Source: Macrostomum hystrix (taxonomy: Eukaryota > Animalia > Platyhelminthes). Taken from it: a DNA stretch of 64,000 nucleotides. Below are positions 25,455 to 47,731 of this stretch, piece after piece (within the stretch, counting starts at the first letter, position 1; each line of letters opens with the position of its first letter). The DNA is taken from positions 19,344,001 to 19,408,000 of the forward strand of contig CATNEN010000038.1 in the NCBI GenBank assembly GCA_950097015.1, written 5' to 3'. Under the pieces are notes generated by a model, which saw nothing but the letters and a program-made list of their open reading frames with translations, did not search any database and was not told where the DNA came from. The position numbers and the translations under genes were made by a program.

Positions 25455-26254
25455 TGTCTAGCTGCTAGTAGTGGTACTACTGAAAAGACATTACAAATCT
25501 GTATCCTAGCTAGAATTTGTCATTACAAGTTTAACTCCTTAAAAATCAAGGTACAAGTCTACTTTTTCTTAATACTCCATAATAATATATTTAAATTGGA
25601 ACAATTTTAATGATTAGAACCTTCGAATTTAGAAGACAAGGACAAACTAGACATAGTATATATATTTATTTAAAAATCTATATATATAAAAGTGAAAACT
25701 CTGTCTGTGTGTGTGTGTGTGCAACCTTTTGTCTTTATAGACGCCGAAACCGCTCAACCAAATCGCACCAAACTTTGCACATACCTAAAACCACCTACGC
25801 TGAGTGCAATAGGCTACTCAAATTCCCGAAAAATCATTTCCTTCCTGCTCAAAAGTGCAAAAAAACTGCTCAAAAATCGTCAAAAAATCACTCAATTCGA
25901 CATATCGTCGCCCCACTTTGTCAGATTTTCTCCAAATTTGAACCACTTACACTTTACATGTTTTCCAACAATGCTGTCAATTTTGAACATCTCTACTCAA
26001 TCCAGAGCAAAGCTGCATCATCTCAAAGTGAGTCACTTTTTGTTTTCCGAGGACAGCCACCCCAACTCCCCTCCGCCACTCTGCGGGCCAAATTTTATTA
26101 CAGCCACCCCCTCCCTTCCCCGGGCGCCGAAGCCCCAGACTGTACATTGTATTTCAAGCCGTGAATGTACACAGCCCAAACCCCTAGACTGTCTACTGGC
26201 CCCCAAGCAGCACTGAGACTGAGTGCGGTGAGTGTGGTGGCGTCCCAGTGCGCA

Positions 26255-26474
26255 GGGCTCTCTGCAGTTCCCTGTGAGAGTGTGCTTTGCGATGACTATT
26301 AACAAGGCTCAGGGACAGTCGCTGAAGGTGGCTGGCATCAACCTGGAGACTCCTTGCTTCTCACATGGGCAGCTTTATGTCGCCTGCTCCCGTGTTGGAA
26401 CTCCAGCTGGCCTATTCATTTTCGCACCAAGGGGAAGAACGAAGAATGTGGTGTATCCCCAGGCCTTGAGGTGA
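26255..26474 (+). pseudogene. Helitron Rep/PIF1 helicase 3' fragment
   Basis: LQFPVRVCFAMTINKAQGQSL...CFSHGQLYVACSRV...TKNVVY corresponds to PIF1 helicase motifs V/VI as found at the end of Helitron RepHel ORFs. Confidence 0.9.
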
Positions 26475-26596
26475 CTCGCAAGCAATTAATAGAAAAGTAG
26501 TCACGAATTGACCTTGACCTGTCTAACTCTGAACTCTGTACAGTTTAATTTTGTTTCTTTGACATTGTTATTGTTATGCCATGGCTATTTTCCTTA

Positions 26597-27238
26597 GGGT
26601 AATGTATCATCAACCGAACAGTGTATCTTCAAAACCGAACAAGAATTTTGACTCATTCCTTGGTCTCATGCAAGACAGAAACAAGCTATTGTGTTTCACA
26701 GAACAACTAATTTGAAAGTTGAAGAAATTATCTACAAGCTGAGGCATGATGTGCAATGAAGCATTAAGAGGAAAGAAAGATATTGATGTTTTAGTAGAAA
26801 TTTTTTTTGTAAAAGCATACTTTTTAACAACATTTTTTCAGTATGTACTTTAGACGAAGATTGTATGTGGTTGCTTGCCAATTAAATGACCATAAATGTA
26901 GTTATTTATAGAGCATGAAAAATGCTTTCAAATGACATAATTCATGATAGTTCACTCCTTAAAATAAGATTAAACCACTCACTCAAATTGTAAAACCAAA
27001 CATCAAATTCTCTGTTTGGTTTGAAGATACATGAAAATCATTGTTTGGTTTTAGATAAAAAGCAGGAATAACTTTTTTCTATTTGACAAAATAGCAAAAG
27101 CAGATACTTTTTAGAAAGATGTAACTGTTTTCTATAACTTGGCTTTTGATTTATCATCATATCTTAAATAGAAAATCTGTAGCTTAGGTTTGAAGTTAAA
27201 AAAATACACATTCTTGTTTGGTTGATGATACATTACCC
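26597..27238. mobile_element. 642-bp MITE (TIR GGGTAATGTATCATCAACC[A/G]AACA, TA flanks), nested in the Helitron
   Basis: ~24-bp terminal inverted repeats with TA on both sides; near-identical inverted copy at 5866-6507. Confidence 0.9.
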
Positions 27239-27269
27239 TATGTATACGCGTGTACATGCATACTGTATA

Positions 27270-27498
27270 CAGAGGCAGATTTAGGGGGGGCAGGGGGGGG
27301 GGGCGCAGTCGCCCCCCTAAATTTTAATCATGGGAATAAGATGCCCCCACCTTTTTGGCCGCTGGCTCCCGTTTTTCAGCCGCTGGCGCCCTTTCTTGGC
27401 TCCTGGCGCCCTTTTTCGGCCGCTGGCACCCCCTCTGTGATTCTCATGGCGCTCCCCTGACAGACCACCACAAAACAAAATTCTTGGATCTGCCACTG
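27270..27498. mobile_element. hAT-type MITE nested in the Helitron
   Basis: TIRs CAGAGGCAGATTTA / TGGATCTGCCACTG with a perfect 8-bp TSD ACTGTATA (27262-27269 and 27499-27506). Confidence 0.85.
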
Positions 27499-28299
27499 AC
27501 TGTATAGAGGAATGGCTAAGAGACATGTTTCTAAAGAAGTAATCAAGAGGGGGCTGTTTGGACAAACTGTTCACTTATTTTTTACTTAAAACGCCCTTAA
27601 ACAAACTCTTCACTTTTCATTAATGCAGTAAATAAATAAATGGTGACCTTCACTATAAAGTTAATACAGAGACGTGAATTGCTTACTGCTTTGCTTTAAA
27701 TTTCTGCCCCAAAAACAACGGGCAAAAAAGCTAGTGTTATATATATTAGACAAAGAAAATCAATTTTAATAAAACTATATTTTATAGAACTGATTGGCTA
27801 AGGAACAAAAACCAAGGGATAGCATTTATATAAGCTAACTTGTAAATTTGATATTATATATATGTCTGGGGTGATTTATTAGGTGATCATGACTACATTA
27901 AATCACGAAACAGTCAGTATTGAGTTAGCAATAATAGCATCCACCCTTCCATAAGCTAGGCCCTACAGTGGGCCTGAATTACTTTTCTTAGGCTGAATGG
28001 GTGAATGGGTGTAATGGGTGACCTTGCTTTCTCATAATCTCTTTAGTCAAGGACTAGGACTTGCCTTCTTAGGGACTCTAAAACATGTGCTGGAAATTTT
28101 TAGACTTTTTGACTATTGTAGGTCTCCAATTAAGACAAAACCTAAGATGTTAGCTAAAATAGTTAGACTATCGTTATCATTATAAAATGTAGATAAATCA
28201 TCATTATAAATGATTGTAATGGCTATCCAGGAGAAGCAAAGTAAAATACATTTATCATATGTCTGCTTCTGAAAATATAGGCCTATAAAAAATTATTTT

Positions 28300-28780
28300 A
28301 AGGTACAAGGTACCCACTACACACCTAGGACACTGATTCTCCAGATTCTCGCGACTCAACTCGAGGCAAGCAGCGTAAAGTAAACTACGTGGAAGAAGAA
28401 GAATTGTTTGAAATTTTGATGGCTTAAACAAAGTTACCTTATGTGAATAGTAAATTTTAGCTAAATGCATATTTAAAATTGTCTATAATTGTTTTATAAC
28501 TCTATTAACGTTTTTCTGTTTGTAAACTATCATTAATTTTTTGAGCGAACTGAAAACAAAATTTTATGAATTTCTGATTTTATTATCAATTCGAATATGT
28601 TTTCATAGGGCCAAGCGATCAAAGTAGTACTTCCTTTCTGTCCATTTTTTAAATATTATTACTAGACACGTTTTCCGTTTATATTTCCGTTTACACCCTT
28701 TCTTTCGTGACAGAAAAGATTTTGTTGCTCTAAGTATTCTACTGTCGCGAAAATTGTTCTATTTAATCAATTTAAGAATT
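28300..28780. promoter_or_regulatory. Candidate bidirectional promoter region between divergent RPL4 (-) and CaMKI (+)
   Basis: The genes are head-to-head. The RPL4 ATG is preceded by an acceptor at 25480-25481, implying an upstream exon or outron. Minus-strand pyrimidine tracts (TTCTTCTTCTTCC near 28400, CTTTTCT near 28715) could be TCT/TOP starts. Confidence 0.35.
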
Positions 28781-38738
<9,958 letters not shown>

Positions 38739-39177
38739 TCAGGTGTTATTCGCATAGCAACAGTCTGGCAACGGATCCATATACCCAGCGGAAGCAGGGC
38801 ATGGTTTATTATATATTACAAGGGACAATTGAAAGCGAGTACTTAATAAATCAGTAATACAAAAACACAAATCTAGGGAAATAACACTTATTGACCAGGG
38901 GTTGTTTACTACTTTGACATTCTCTATTTTGTTGTCCTTCGCTAGGGCTACATGTAAAGTTTTTCAGAATATTGATCGGATTTATTAACTTCTTTGTTTC
39001 ACTTTTTTGCTTAAAGTTGCATCCCTTTGAGCCACGTTTTGAAGCGAATGAGCAAAACGTTTTACTCTTTTAACACCGTCTTTTTAGTTTAATGTGTTTC
39101 ATTTTTAGATTTTCGCTTTAGTCTACTATTCGCTTTTTCAAATCTGAGGTTTTTCAGCTTTGCTTTCAATTAGGTAA

Positions 39178-39665
39178 TTGATCAATTGATCAAGATCGGA
39201 AATCTGATGGGTTGATCAAGATTGGGAATCTGATGGATTGATCAAGATTGGGAATCTGATGGATTGATCAAGATTGGGAATCTGATGGGTTGATCAAGAT
39301 CGGGAATCTGATGGGTTGATCAAGATTGGGAATCTGATGGATTGATCAAGATTGGGAATCTGATGGATTGATCAAGATTGGGGATCTGATGGGTTGATCA
39401 AGATTGGGAATCTGATGGATTGATCAAGATTGGGAATCTGATGGATTGATCAAGATTGGGGATCTGATGGGTTGATCAAGATCGGGAATCTGATGGATTG
39501 ATCAAGATTGGGGATCTGATGGGTTGATCAAGATCGGGAATCTGATGGGTTGATCAAGATTGGGGATCTGATGGGTTGATCAAGATCGGGAATCTGATGG
39601 GTTGATCAAGATCGGGAATCTGATGGATTGATCGAGATTTGGGATCTGATGGGTTGATCAAGATT
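39178..39665. repeat. 26-bp minisatellite GATTGGGAATCTGATGG[A/G]TTGATCAA
   Basis: Downstream of the CaMKI stop. Confidence 0.95.
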
Positions 39666-40639
39666 AGAGAACTGAGTGAACGCAGAATCTCAACCCCCAT
39701 GCTGTTTAATAATTCCTTTGGCGCACCTTGTACAGTATAGCGCACATTATACTTTTTTATTCGTAAGAAAATTCCAATTGCAATTATTTTCTGTGATGTC
39801 TTACTTATTCCTCAAATTGAATCCCTAGTCATTTTTGTCCCTTGGCTAGTAACTAACTCGTAGTTATTGCTTACAATTTTTTGAAGCAGTACAATCGAAA
39901 TTCCTAATAAAGTTTTCTTTGTTTCTTGAATGTTTTTACTCGTTGTGACGTCATTCCTCTTTAAAGTGTTGGCAATTTCGTTTTAGAATTGGTATTGCCA
40001 CAAAAAAATGCTTTTAATTATTTAAATATTTTTTTTGGACTACGTATTGTATCCATGCAATTGTGTTGTCTGTGATCAGCTCTGTTGTGAGTCCAAATGA
40101 TTAATGCTATACATGTACATCGAATCGAATATGCTTATTTATCATCCAACCATTTTGCGATCATAAATTTCACAGCCAATAGAATGGCTTCAATGATCCC
40201 GTCTAAGCACAGCATTGCTAGCTACCTCCGTTTGCTTTTCTCAAATATTAATTTTGTAACAAAGTACTTCGCTATCTGTATAACATTTCCTTACTGCAGT
40301 AAGTCTCAAACGACACAGACAATTTTTTCACATATTCCTGGCTCGACAAAAGTTAAATAGTTGGACATTTGTTGTTTTTTAAACTCTTCAACTGTGACGC
40401 ATTGCACTTTTAGTCTGTGTATTAAACATGCTTTTCTCCTAGCAACTATTTATTAGTGTTTGAACTGGGTTCTACTGAGAAACACTGCTACGCTACCTAA
40501 AAATTAAATATTTGAGCTTTTTACCGATTTGAATCATATTCGGAATCAGATATACTTAAAAGAGAAATCTGAAATTACTAGCTGCTCGCGATTACATTTT
40601 TTATGTTCTTTCACGGCAACAAGTATTTGACAAAGGCAT

Positions 40640-43056
40640 TAGCAATCCACCATATCAGCTCACCAATGTGAATAGACTAGCAATCCACCATATCAGCTCA
40701 CCAATGTGAATAGACTAGCAATCCACCATATCAGCTCACCAATGTGAATAGACTAGCAATCCACCCTATCAGCTCACCAATGTGAATAGACTAGCAATCC
40801 ACCATATCAGCTCACCAATGTGAATAGACTAGCAATCCACCATATCAGCTCACCAATTTGAATAGACTAGCAATCCACCCTATCAGCTCACCAATGTGAA
40901 TAGACTAGCAATCCACCATATCAGCTCACCAATGTGAATAGACTAGCAATCCACCCTATCAGCTCACCAATTTGAATAGACTAGCAATCCACTCTATCAG
41001 CTCACCAATGTGAATAGACTAGCAATCCACTCTATCAGCTCACCAATGTGAATAGACTAGCAATCCACCCTATCAGCTCACCAATGTGAATAGACTAGCA
41101 ATCCACCATATCAGCTCACCAATGTGAATAGACTAGCAATCCACCATATCAGCTCACCAATGTGAATAGACTAGCAATCCACTCTATCAGCTCACCAATG
41201 TGAATAGACTAGCAATCCACTCTATCAGCTCACCAATTTGAATAGACTAGCAATCCACCCTATCAGCTCACCAATGTGAATAGACTAGCAATCCACCCTA
41301 TCAGCTCACCAATTTGAATAGACTAGCAATCCACTCTATCAGCTCACCAATGTGAATAGACTAGCAATCCACTCTATCAGCTCACCAATGTGAATAGACT
41401 AGCAATCCACCCTATCAGCTCACCAATGTGAATAGACTAGCAATCCACCCTATCAGCTCACCAATGTGAATAGACTAGCAATCCACCCTATCAGCTCACC
41501 AATGTGAATAGACTAGCAATCCACCCTATCAGCTCACCAATGTGAATAGACTAGCAATCCACCCTATCAGCTCACCAATGTGAATAGACTAGCAATCCAC
41601 TCTATCAGCTCACCAATGTGAATAGACTAGCAATCCACTCTATCAGCTCACCAATGTGAATAGACTAGCAATCCACTCTATCAGCTCACCAATGTGAATA
41701 GACTAGCAATCCACCCTATCAGCTCACCAATGTGAATAGACTAGCAATCCACCCTATCAGCTCACCAATGTGAATAGACTAGCAATCCACTCTATCAGCT
41801 CACCAATGTGAATAGACTAGCAATCCACTCTATCAGCTCACCAATGTGAATAGACTAGCAATCCACTCTATCAGCTCACCAATGTGAATAGACTAGCAAT
41901 CCACTCTATCAGCTCACCAATGTGAATAGACTAGCAATCCACCCTATCAGCTCACCAATGTGAATAGACTAGCAATCCACCCTATCAGCTCACCAATGTG
42001 AATAGACTAGCAATCCACCCTATCAGCTCACCAATGTGAATAGACTAGCAATCCACTCTATCAGCTCACCAATGTGAATAGACTAGCAATCCACTCTATC
42101 AGCTCACCAATGTGAATAGACTAGCAATCCACCCTATCAGCTCACCAATGTGAATAGACTAGCAATCCACTCTATCAGCTCACCAATGTGAATAGACTAG
42201 CAATCCACTCTATCAGCTCACCAATGTGAATAGACTAGCAATCCACTCTATCAGCTCACCAATGTGAATAGACTAGCAATCCACTCTATCAGCTCACCAA
42301 TGTGAATAGACTAGCAATCCACTCTATCAGCTCACCAATGTGAATAGACTAGCAATCCACTCTATCAGCTCACCAATGTGAATAGACTAGCAATCCACTC
42401 TATCAGCTCACCAATGTGAATAGACTAGCAATCCACTCTATCAGCTCACCAATGTGAATAGACTAGCAATCCACCCTATCAGCTCACCAATGTGAATAGA
42501 CTAGCAATCCACCCTATCAGCTCACCAATGTGAATAGACTAGCAATCCACTCTATCAGCTCACCAATGTGAATAGACTAGCAATCCACTCTATCAGCTCA
42601 CCAATGTGAATAGACTAGCAATCCACTCTATCAGCTCACCAATGTGAATAGACTAGCAATCCACTCTATCAGCTCACCAATGTGAATAGACTAGCAATCC
42701 ACCCTATCAGCTCACCAATGTGAATAGACTAGCAATCCACCATATCAGCTCACCAATGTGAATAGACTAGCAATCCACCCTATCAGCTCACCAATGTGAA
42801 TAGACTAGCAATCCACTCTATCAGCTCACCAATGTGAATAGACTAGCAATCCACTCTATCAGCTCACCAATGTGAATAGACTAGCAATCCACCCTATCAG
42901 CTCACCAATGTGAATAGACTAGCAATCCACTCTATCAGCTCACCAATGTGAATAGACTAGCAATCCACCCTATCAGCTCACCAATGTGAATAGACTAGCA
43001 ATCGACCCTATCAGCTCACCAATGTGAATAGACTAGCAATCCACCCTATCAGCTCA
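40640..43056. repeat. 38-bp satellite A: TAGACTAGCAATCCAC[C/T]CTATCAGCTCACCAATGTGAA
   Basis: About 63 highly homogeneous units. Confidence 0.97.
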
Positions 43057-43743
43057 CAAGAGAAGTAAACCTTAAAGAAAAATGATTTAAACAATTCGGG
43101 ACTTAGTCATTACCTTTACAATGACAAATAATACAGCGGCTCGCACCATTCTCTATTTCTTTTAATGTCACAATACAATTTAAAAAATCGCCAATTGAAT
43201 AGTCAAACAAAACAATTGGTTCCAGAGACACACAGAGACAAGCACACAGCAACTGGTAATATATAACCTTTATCGCCAAGGAAGTGCGAATTCGGTCAAG
43301 GGCAGCTCAACCAGAAATCGATAAATAATTTTCGATCTAAGCAGTGGCAGAAGAGATAGCCAAAGCATGGGGGTTTATAAGTAGAGATTGGGGCCAAATG
43401 TGCATCTATCGTGACACTGCCTATTTTAATTGCACGGTGTACAACCACTTGAGTTATTGGGTTTGGAACGACCTGCCATAATTGCTTATGTTAAAACACC
43501 TTACATAATTAGTATGTAAAGTAAAGTAAAGTAAAATTTAATTGCAACTCTAATTTTAAATAACTTAATTGATTAAAGACAGCTTGGATAGGATAAGCAG
43601 GGTCAGAAAAAAACAGAAACACGAGCTAAAAGTTAAATAAAGAAGCAAAAACTATGTAAAATGGGTTTAACACACGGATCTACTGGCTTCAGTAGCTTGG
43701 GAAGATGTTACAACAAAAAATTAATTAGCTATAATTAATCATC

Positions 43744-46700
43744 TAGCAATCCAATGGAATTCCTTATCAATTAGGCTAGACTAGCAATCCAATGGAATTC
43801 CTTATCAATTAGGCTAGACTAGCAATCCAATGGAATTCCTTATCAATTAGGCTAGACTAGCAATCCAATGGAATTCCTTATCGATCTGGCTAGACTAGCA
43901 ATCCAATGGAATTCCTTATCAATTACAGGCTAGACTAGCAATCCAATGGAATTCCTTATCGATCTGGCTAGACTAGCAATCCAATGGAATTCCTTATCGA
44001 TCTGGCTAGACTAGCAATCCAATGGAATTCCTTATCGATCTGGCTAGACTAGCAATCCAATGGAATTCCTTATCAATTAGGCTAGACTAGCAATCCAATG
44101 GAATTCCTTATCGATCTGGCTAGACTAGCAATCCAATGGAATTCCTTATCAATTACAGGCTAGACTAGCAATCCAATGGAATTCCTTATCGATCTGGCTA
44201 GACTAGCAATCCAATGGAATTCCTTATCGATCTGGCTAGACTAGCAATCCAATGGAATTCCTTATCAATTACAGGCTAGACTAGCAATCCAATGGAATTC
44301 CTTATCAATTAGGCTAGACTAGCAATCCAATGGAATTCCTTATCAATTAGGCTAGACTAGCAATCCAATGGAATTCCTTATCACTTACAGTCTAGACTAG
44401 CAATCCAATGGAATTCCTTATCGATCTGGCTAGACTAGCAATCCAATGGAATTCCTTATCGATCTGGCTAGACTAGCAATCCAATGGAATTCCTTATCGA
44501 TCTGGCTAGACTAGCAATCCAATGGAATTCCTTATCAATTAGGCTAGACTAGCAATCCAATGGAATTCCTTATCACTTACAGTCTAGACTAGCAATCCAA
44601 TGGAATTCCTTATCGATCTGGCTAGACTAGCAATCCAATGGAATTCCTTATCAATCAGGCTAGACTAGCAATCCAATGGAATTCCTTATCGATCTGGCTA
44701 GACTAGCAATCCAATGGAATTCCTTATCAATCAGGCTAGACTAGCAATCCAATGGAATTCCTTATCGATCTGGCTAGACTAGCAATCCAATGGAATTCCT
44801 TATCGATCTGGCTAGACTAGCAATCCAATGGAATTCCTTATCGATCTGGCTAGACTAGCAATCCAATGGAATTCCTTATCAATTAGGCTAGACTAGCAAT
44901 CCAATGGAATTCCTTATCACTTACAGTCTAGACTAGCAATCCAATGGAATTCCTTATCACTTACAGTCTAGACTAGCAATCCAATGGAATTCCTTATCGA
45001 TCTGGCTAGACTAGCAATCCAATGGAATTCCTTATCGATCTGGCTAGACTAGCAATCCAATGGAATTCCTTATCAATTAGGCTAGACTAGCAATCCAATG
45101 GAATTCCTTATCGATCTGGCTAGACTAGCAATCCAATGGAATTCCTTATCAATCAGGCTAGACTAGCAATCCAATGGAATTCCTTATCGATCTGGCTAGA
45201 CTAGCAATCCAATGGAATTCCTTATCAATTAGGCTAGACTAGCAATCCAATGGAATTCCTTATCAATCAGGCTAGACTAGCAATCCAATGGAATTCCTTA
45301 TCGATCTGGCTAGACTAGCAATCCAATGGAATTCCTTATCGATCTGGCTAGACTAGCAATCCAATGGAATTCCTTATCGATCTGGCTAGACTAGCAATCC
45401 AATGGAATTCCTTATCGATCTGGCTAGACTAGCAATCCAATGGAATTCCTTATCAATTAGGCTAGACTAGCAATCCAATGGAATTCCTTATCACTTACAG
45501 TCTAGACTAGCAATCCAATGGAATTCCTTATCAATTACAGTCTAGACTAGCAATCCAATGGAATTCCTTATCGATCTGGCTAGACTAGCAATCCAATGGA
45601 ATTCCTTATCGATCTGGCTAGACTAGCAATCCAATGGAATTCCTTATCAATTAGGCTAGACTAGCAATCCAATGGAATTCCTTATCGATCTGGCTAGACT
45701 AGCAATCCAATGGAATTCCTTATCAATCAGGCTAGACTAGCAATCCAATGGAATTCCTTATCGATCTGGCTAGACTAGCAATCCAATGGAATTCCTTATC
45801 GATCTGGCTAGACTAGCAATCCAATGGAATTCCTTATCAATTAGGCTAGACTAGCAATCCAATGGAATTCCTTATCGATCTGGCTAGACTAGCAATCCAA
45901 TGGAATTCCTTATCGATCTGGCTAGACTAGCAATCCAATGGAATTCCTTATCAATTAGGCTAGACTAGCAATCCAATGGAATTTCTTATCGATCTGGCTA
46001 GACTAGCAATCCAATGGAATTCCTTATCAATTAGGCTAGACTAGCAATCCAATGGAATTCCTTATCGATCTGGCTAGACTAGCAATCCAATGGAATTCCT
46101 TATCAATTAGGCTAGACTAGCAATCCAATGGAATTCCTTATCAATCAGGCTAGACTAGCAATCCAATGGAATTCCTTATCGATCTGGCTAGACTAGCAAT
46201 CCAATGGAATTCCTTATCGATCTAGCTAGACTAGCAATCCAATGGAATTCCTTATCGATCTGGCTAGACTAGCAATCCAATGGAATTCCTTATCGATCTG
46301 GCTAGACTAGCAATCCAATGGAATTCCTTATCAATTAGGCTAGACTAGCAATCCAATGGAATTCCTTATCACTTACAGTCTAGACTAGCAATCCAATGGA
46401 ATTCCTTATCAATTACAGTCTAGACTAGCAATCCAATGGAATTCCTTATCACTTACAGTCTAGACTAGCAATCCAATGGAATTCCTTATCGATCTGGCTA
46501 GACTAGCAATCCAATGGAATTCCTTATCAATTAGGCTAGACTAGCAATCCAATGGAATTCCTTATCGATCTGGCTAGACTAGCAATCCAATGGAATTCCT
46601 TATCAATTAGGCTAGACTAGCAATCCAATGGAATTCCTTATCGATCTGGCTAGACTAGCAATCCAATGGAATTCCTTATCGATCTGGCTAGACTAGCAAT

Positions 46701-47587
46701 CCAATGGAATTCCTTATCAATTAGGCTAGACTAGCAATCCAATGGAATTCCTTATTAATCAGGCTAGACTAGCAATCCAATGGAATTCCTTATCGTTCTG
46801 GCTAGACTAGCAATCCAATGGAATTCCTTATCGATCTGGCTAGACTAGCAATCCAATGGAATTCCTTATCGATCTGGCTAGACTAGCAATCCAATGGAAT
46901 TCCTTATCGATCTGGCTAGACTAGCAATCCAATGGAATTCCTTATCAATTAGGCTAGACTAGCAATCCAATGGAATTCCTTATCACTTACAGTCTAGACT
47001 AGCAATCCAATGGAATTCCTTATCGATCTGGCTAGACTAGCAATCCAATGGAATTCCTTATCAATTAGGCTAGACTAGCAATCCAATGGAATTCCTTATC
47101 AATTAGGCTAGACTAGCAATCCAATGGAATTCCTTATCACTTACAGTCTAGACTAGCAATCCAATGGAATTCCTTATCGATCTGGCTAGACTAGCAATCC
47201 AATGGAATTCCTTATCGATCTGGCTAGACTAGCAATCCAATGGAATTCCTTATCGATCTGGCTAGACTAGCAATCCAATGGAATTCCTTATCGATCTGGC
47301 TTGACTAGCAATCCAATGGAATTCCTTATCAATTAGGCTAGACTAGCAATCCAATGGAATTCCTTATCACTTACAGTCTAGACTAGCAATCCAATGGAAT
47401 TCCTTATCGATCTGGCTTGACTAGCAATCCAATGGAATTCCTTATCAATTAGGCTAGACTAGCAATCCAATGGAATTCCTTTTCAATTACAGTCTAGACT
47501 AGCAATCCAATGGAATTCCTTATCAATTACAGTCTAGACTAGCAATCCAATGGAATTCCTTATCGATCTGGCTTGACTAGCAATCCA
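43744..47587. repeat. 38/40-bp satellite B: TAGACTAGCAATCCAATGGAATTCCTTATC followed by a variable block (GATCTGGC, AATTAGGC, AATCAGGC, ACTTACAGTC, AATTACAG[G/T]C)
   Basis: About 100 units with an EcoRI site in nearly every unit. Confidence 0.97.
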
Positions 47588-47731
47588 TATTGTTATCGAC
47601 CCACTGTAAAACACAAATTTTCTTCTTCTTAGAAGGTGAGTGCATCGAATGAGTAAATCAATCAGACTAAAGAAAAGAACTAATTAAATAGAAGGCCAAA
47701 TGTTTGAAAGGACAAAGTCCCCAGCCCTGTG

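Larger units (their letters stand above)
25677..27734 (+). mobile_element. Non-autonomous Helitron containing a PIF1-helicase C-terminal fragment and two nested MITEs
   Basis: Starts TCTATATATATAAAAG after an A. Ends with a short hairpin (TGCCC...GGGCA) and CTAG before a T, giving an A|T target with no TSD. Confidence 0.9.

Noticed and set aside
25610-26216. 184-aa and 174-aa ORFs
   Set aside because: They lie in the non-coding left arm of the Helitron and show no recognisable protein motifs.
23072-28300. Intronic box C/D snoRNAs (RPL4 hosts U16/U18 in vertebrates)
   Set aside because: No suitably spaced RTGATGA...CTGA pair with a terminal stem was found by eye on the minus strand; a snoscan/Infernal run is needed to exclude them.
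40640-47587. CRISPR-like repeat-spacer array
   Set aside because: Variable parts are reused alleles, not unique spacers; there are no cas genes and the context is eukaryotic with spliced genes.
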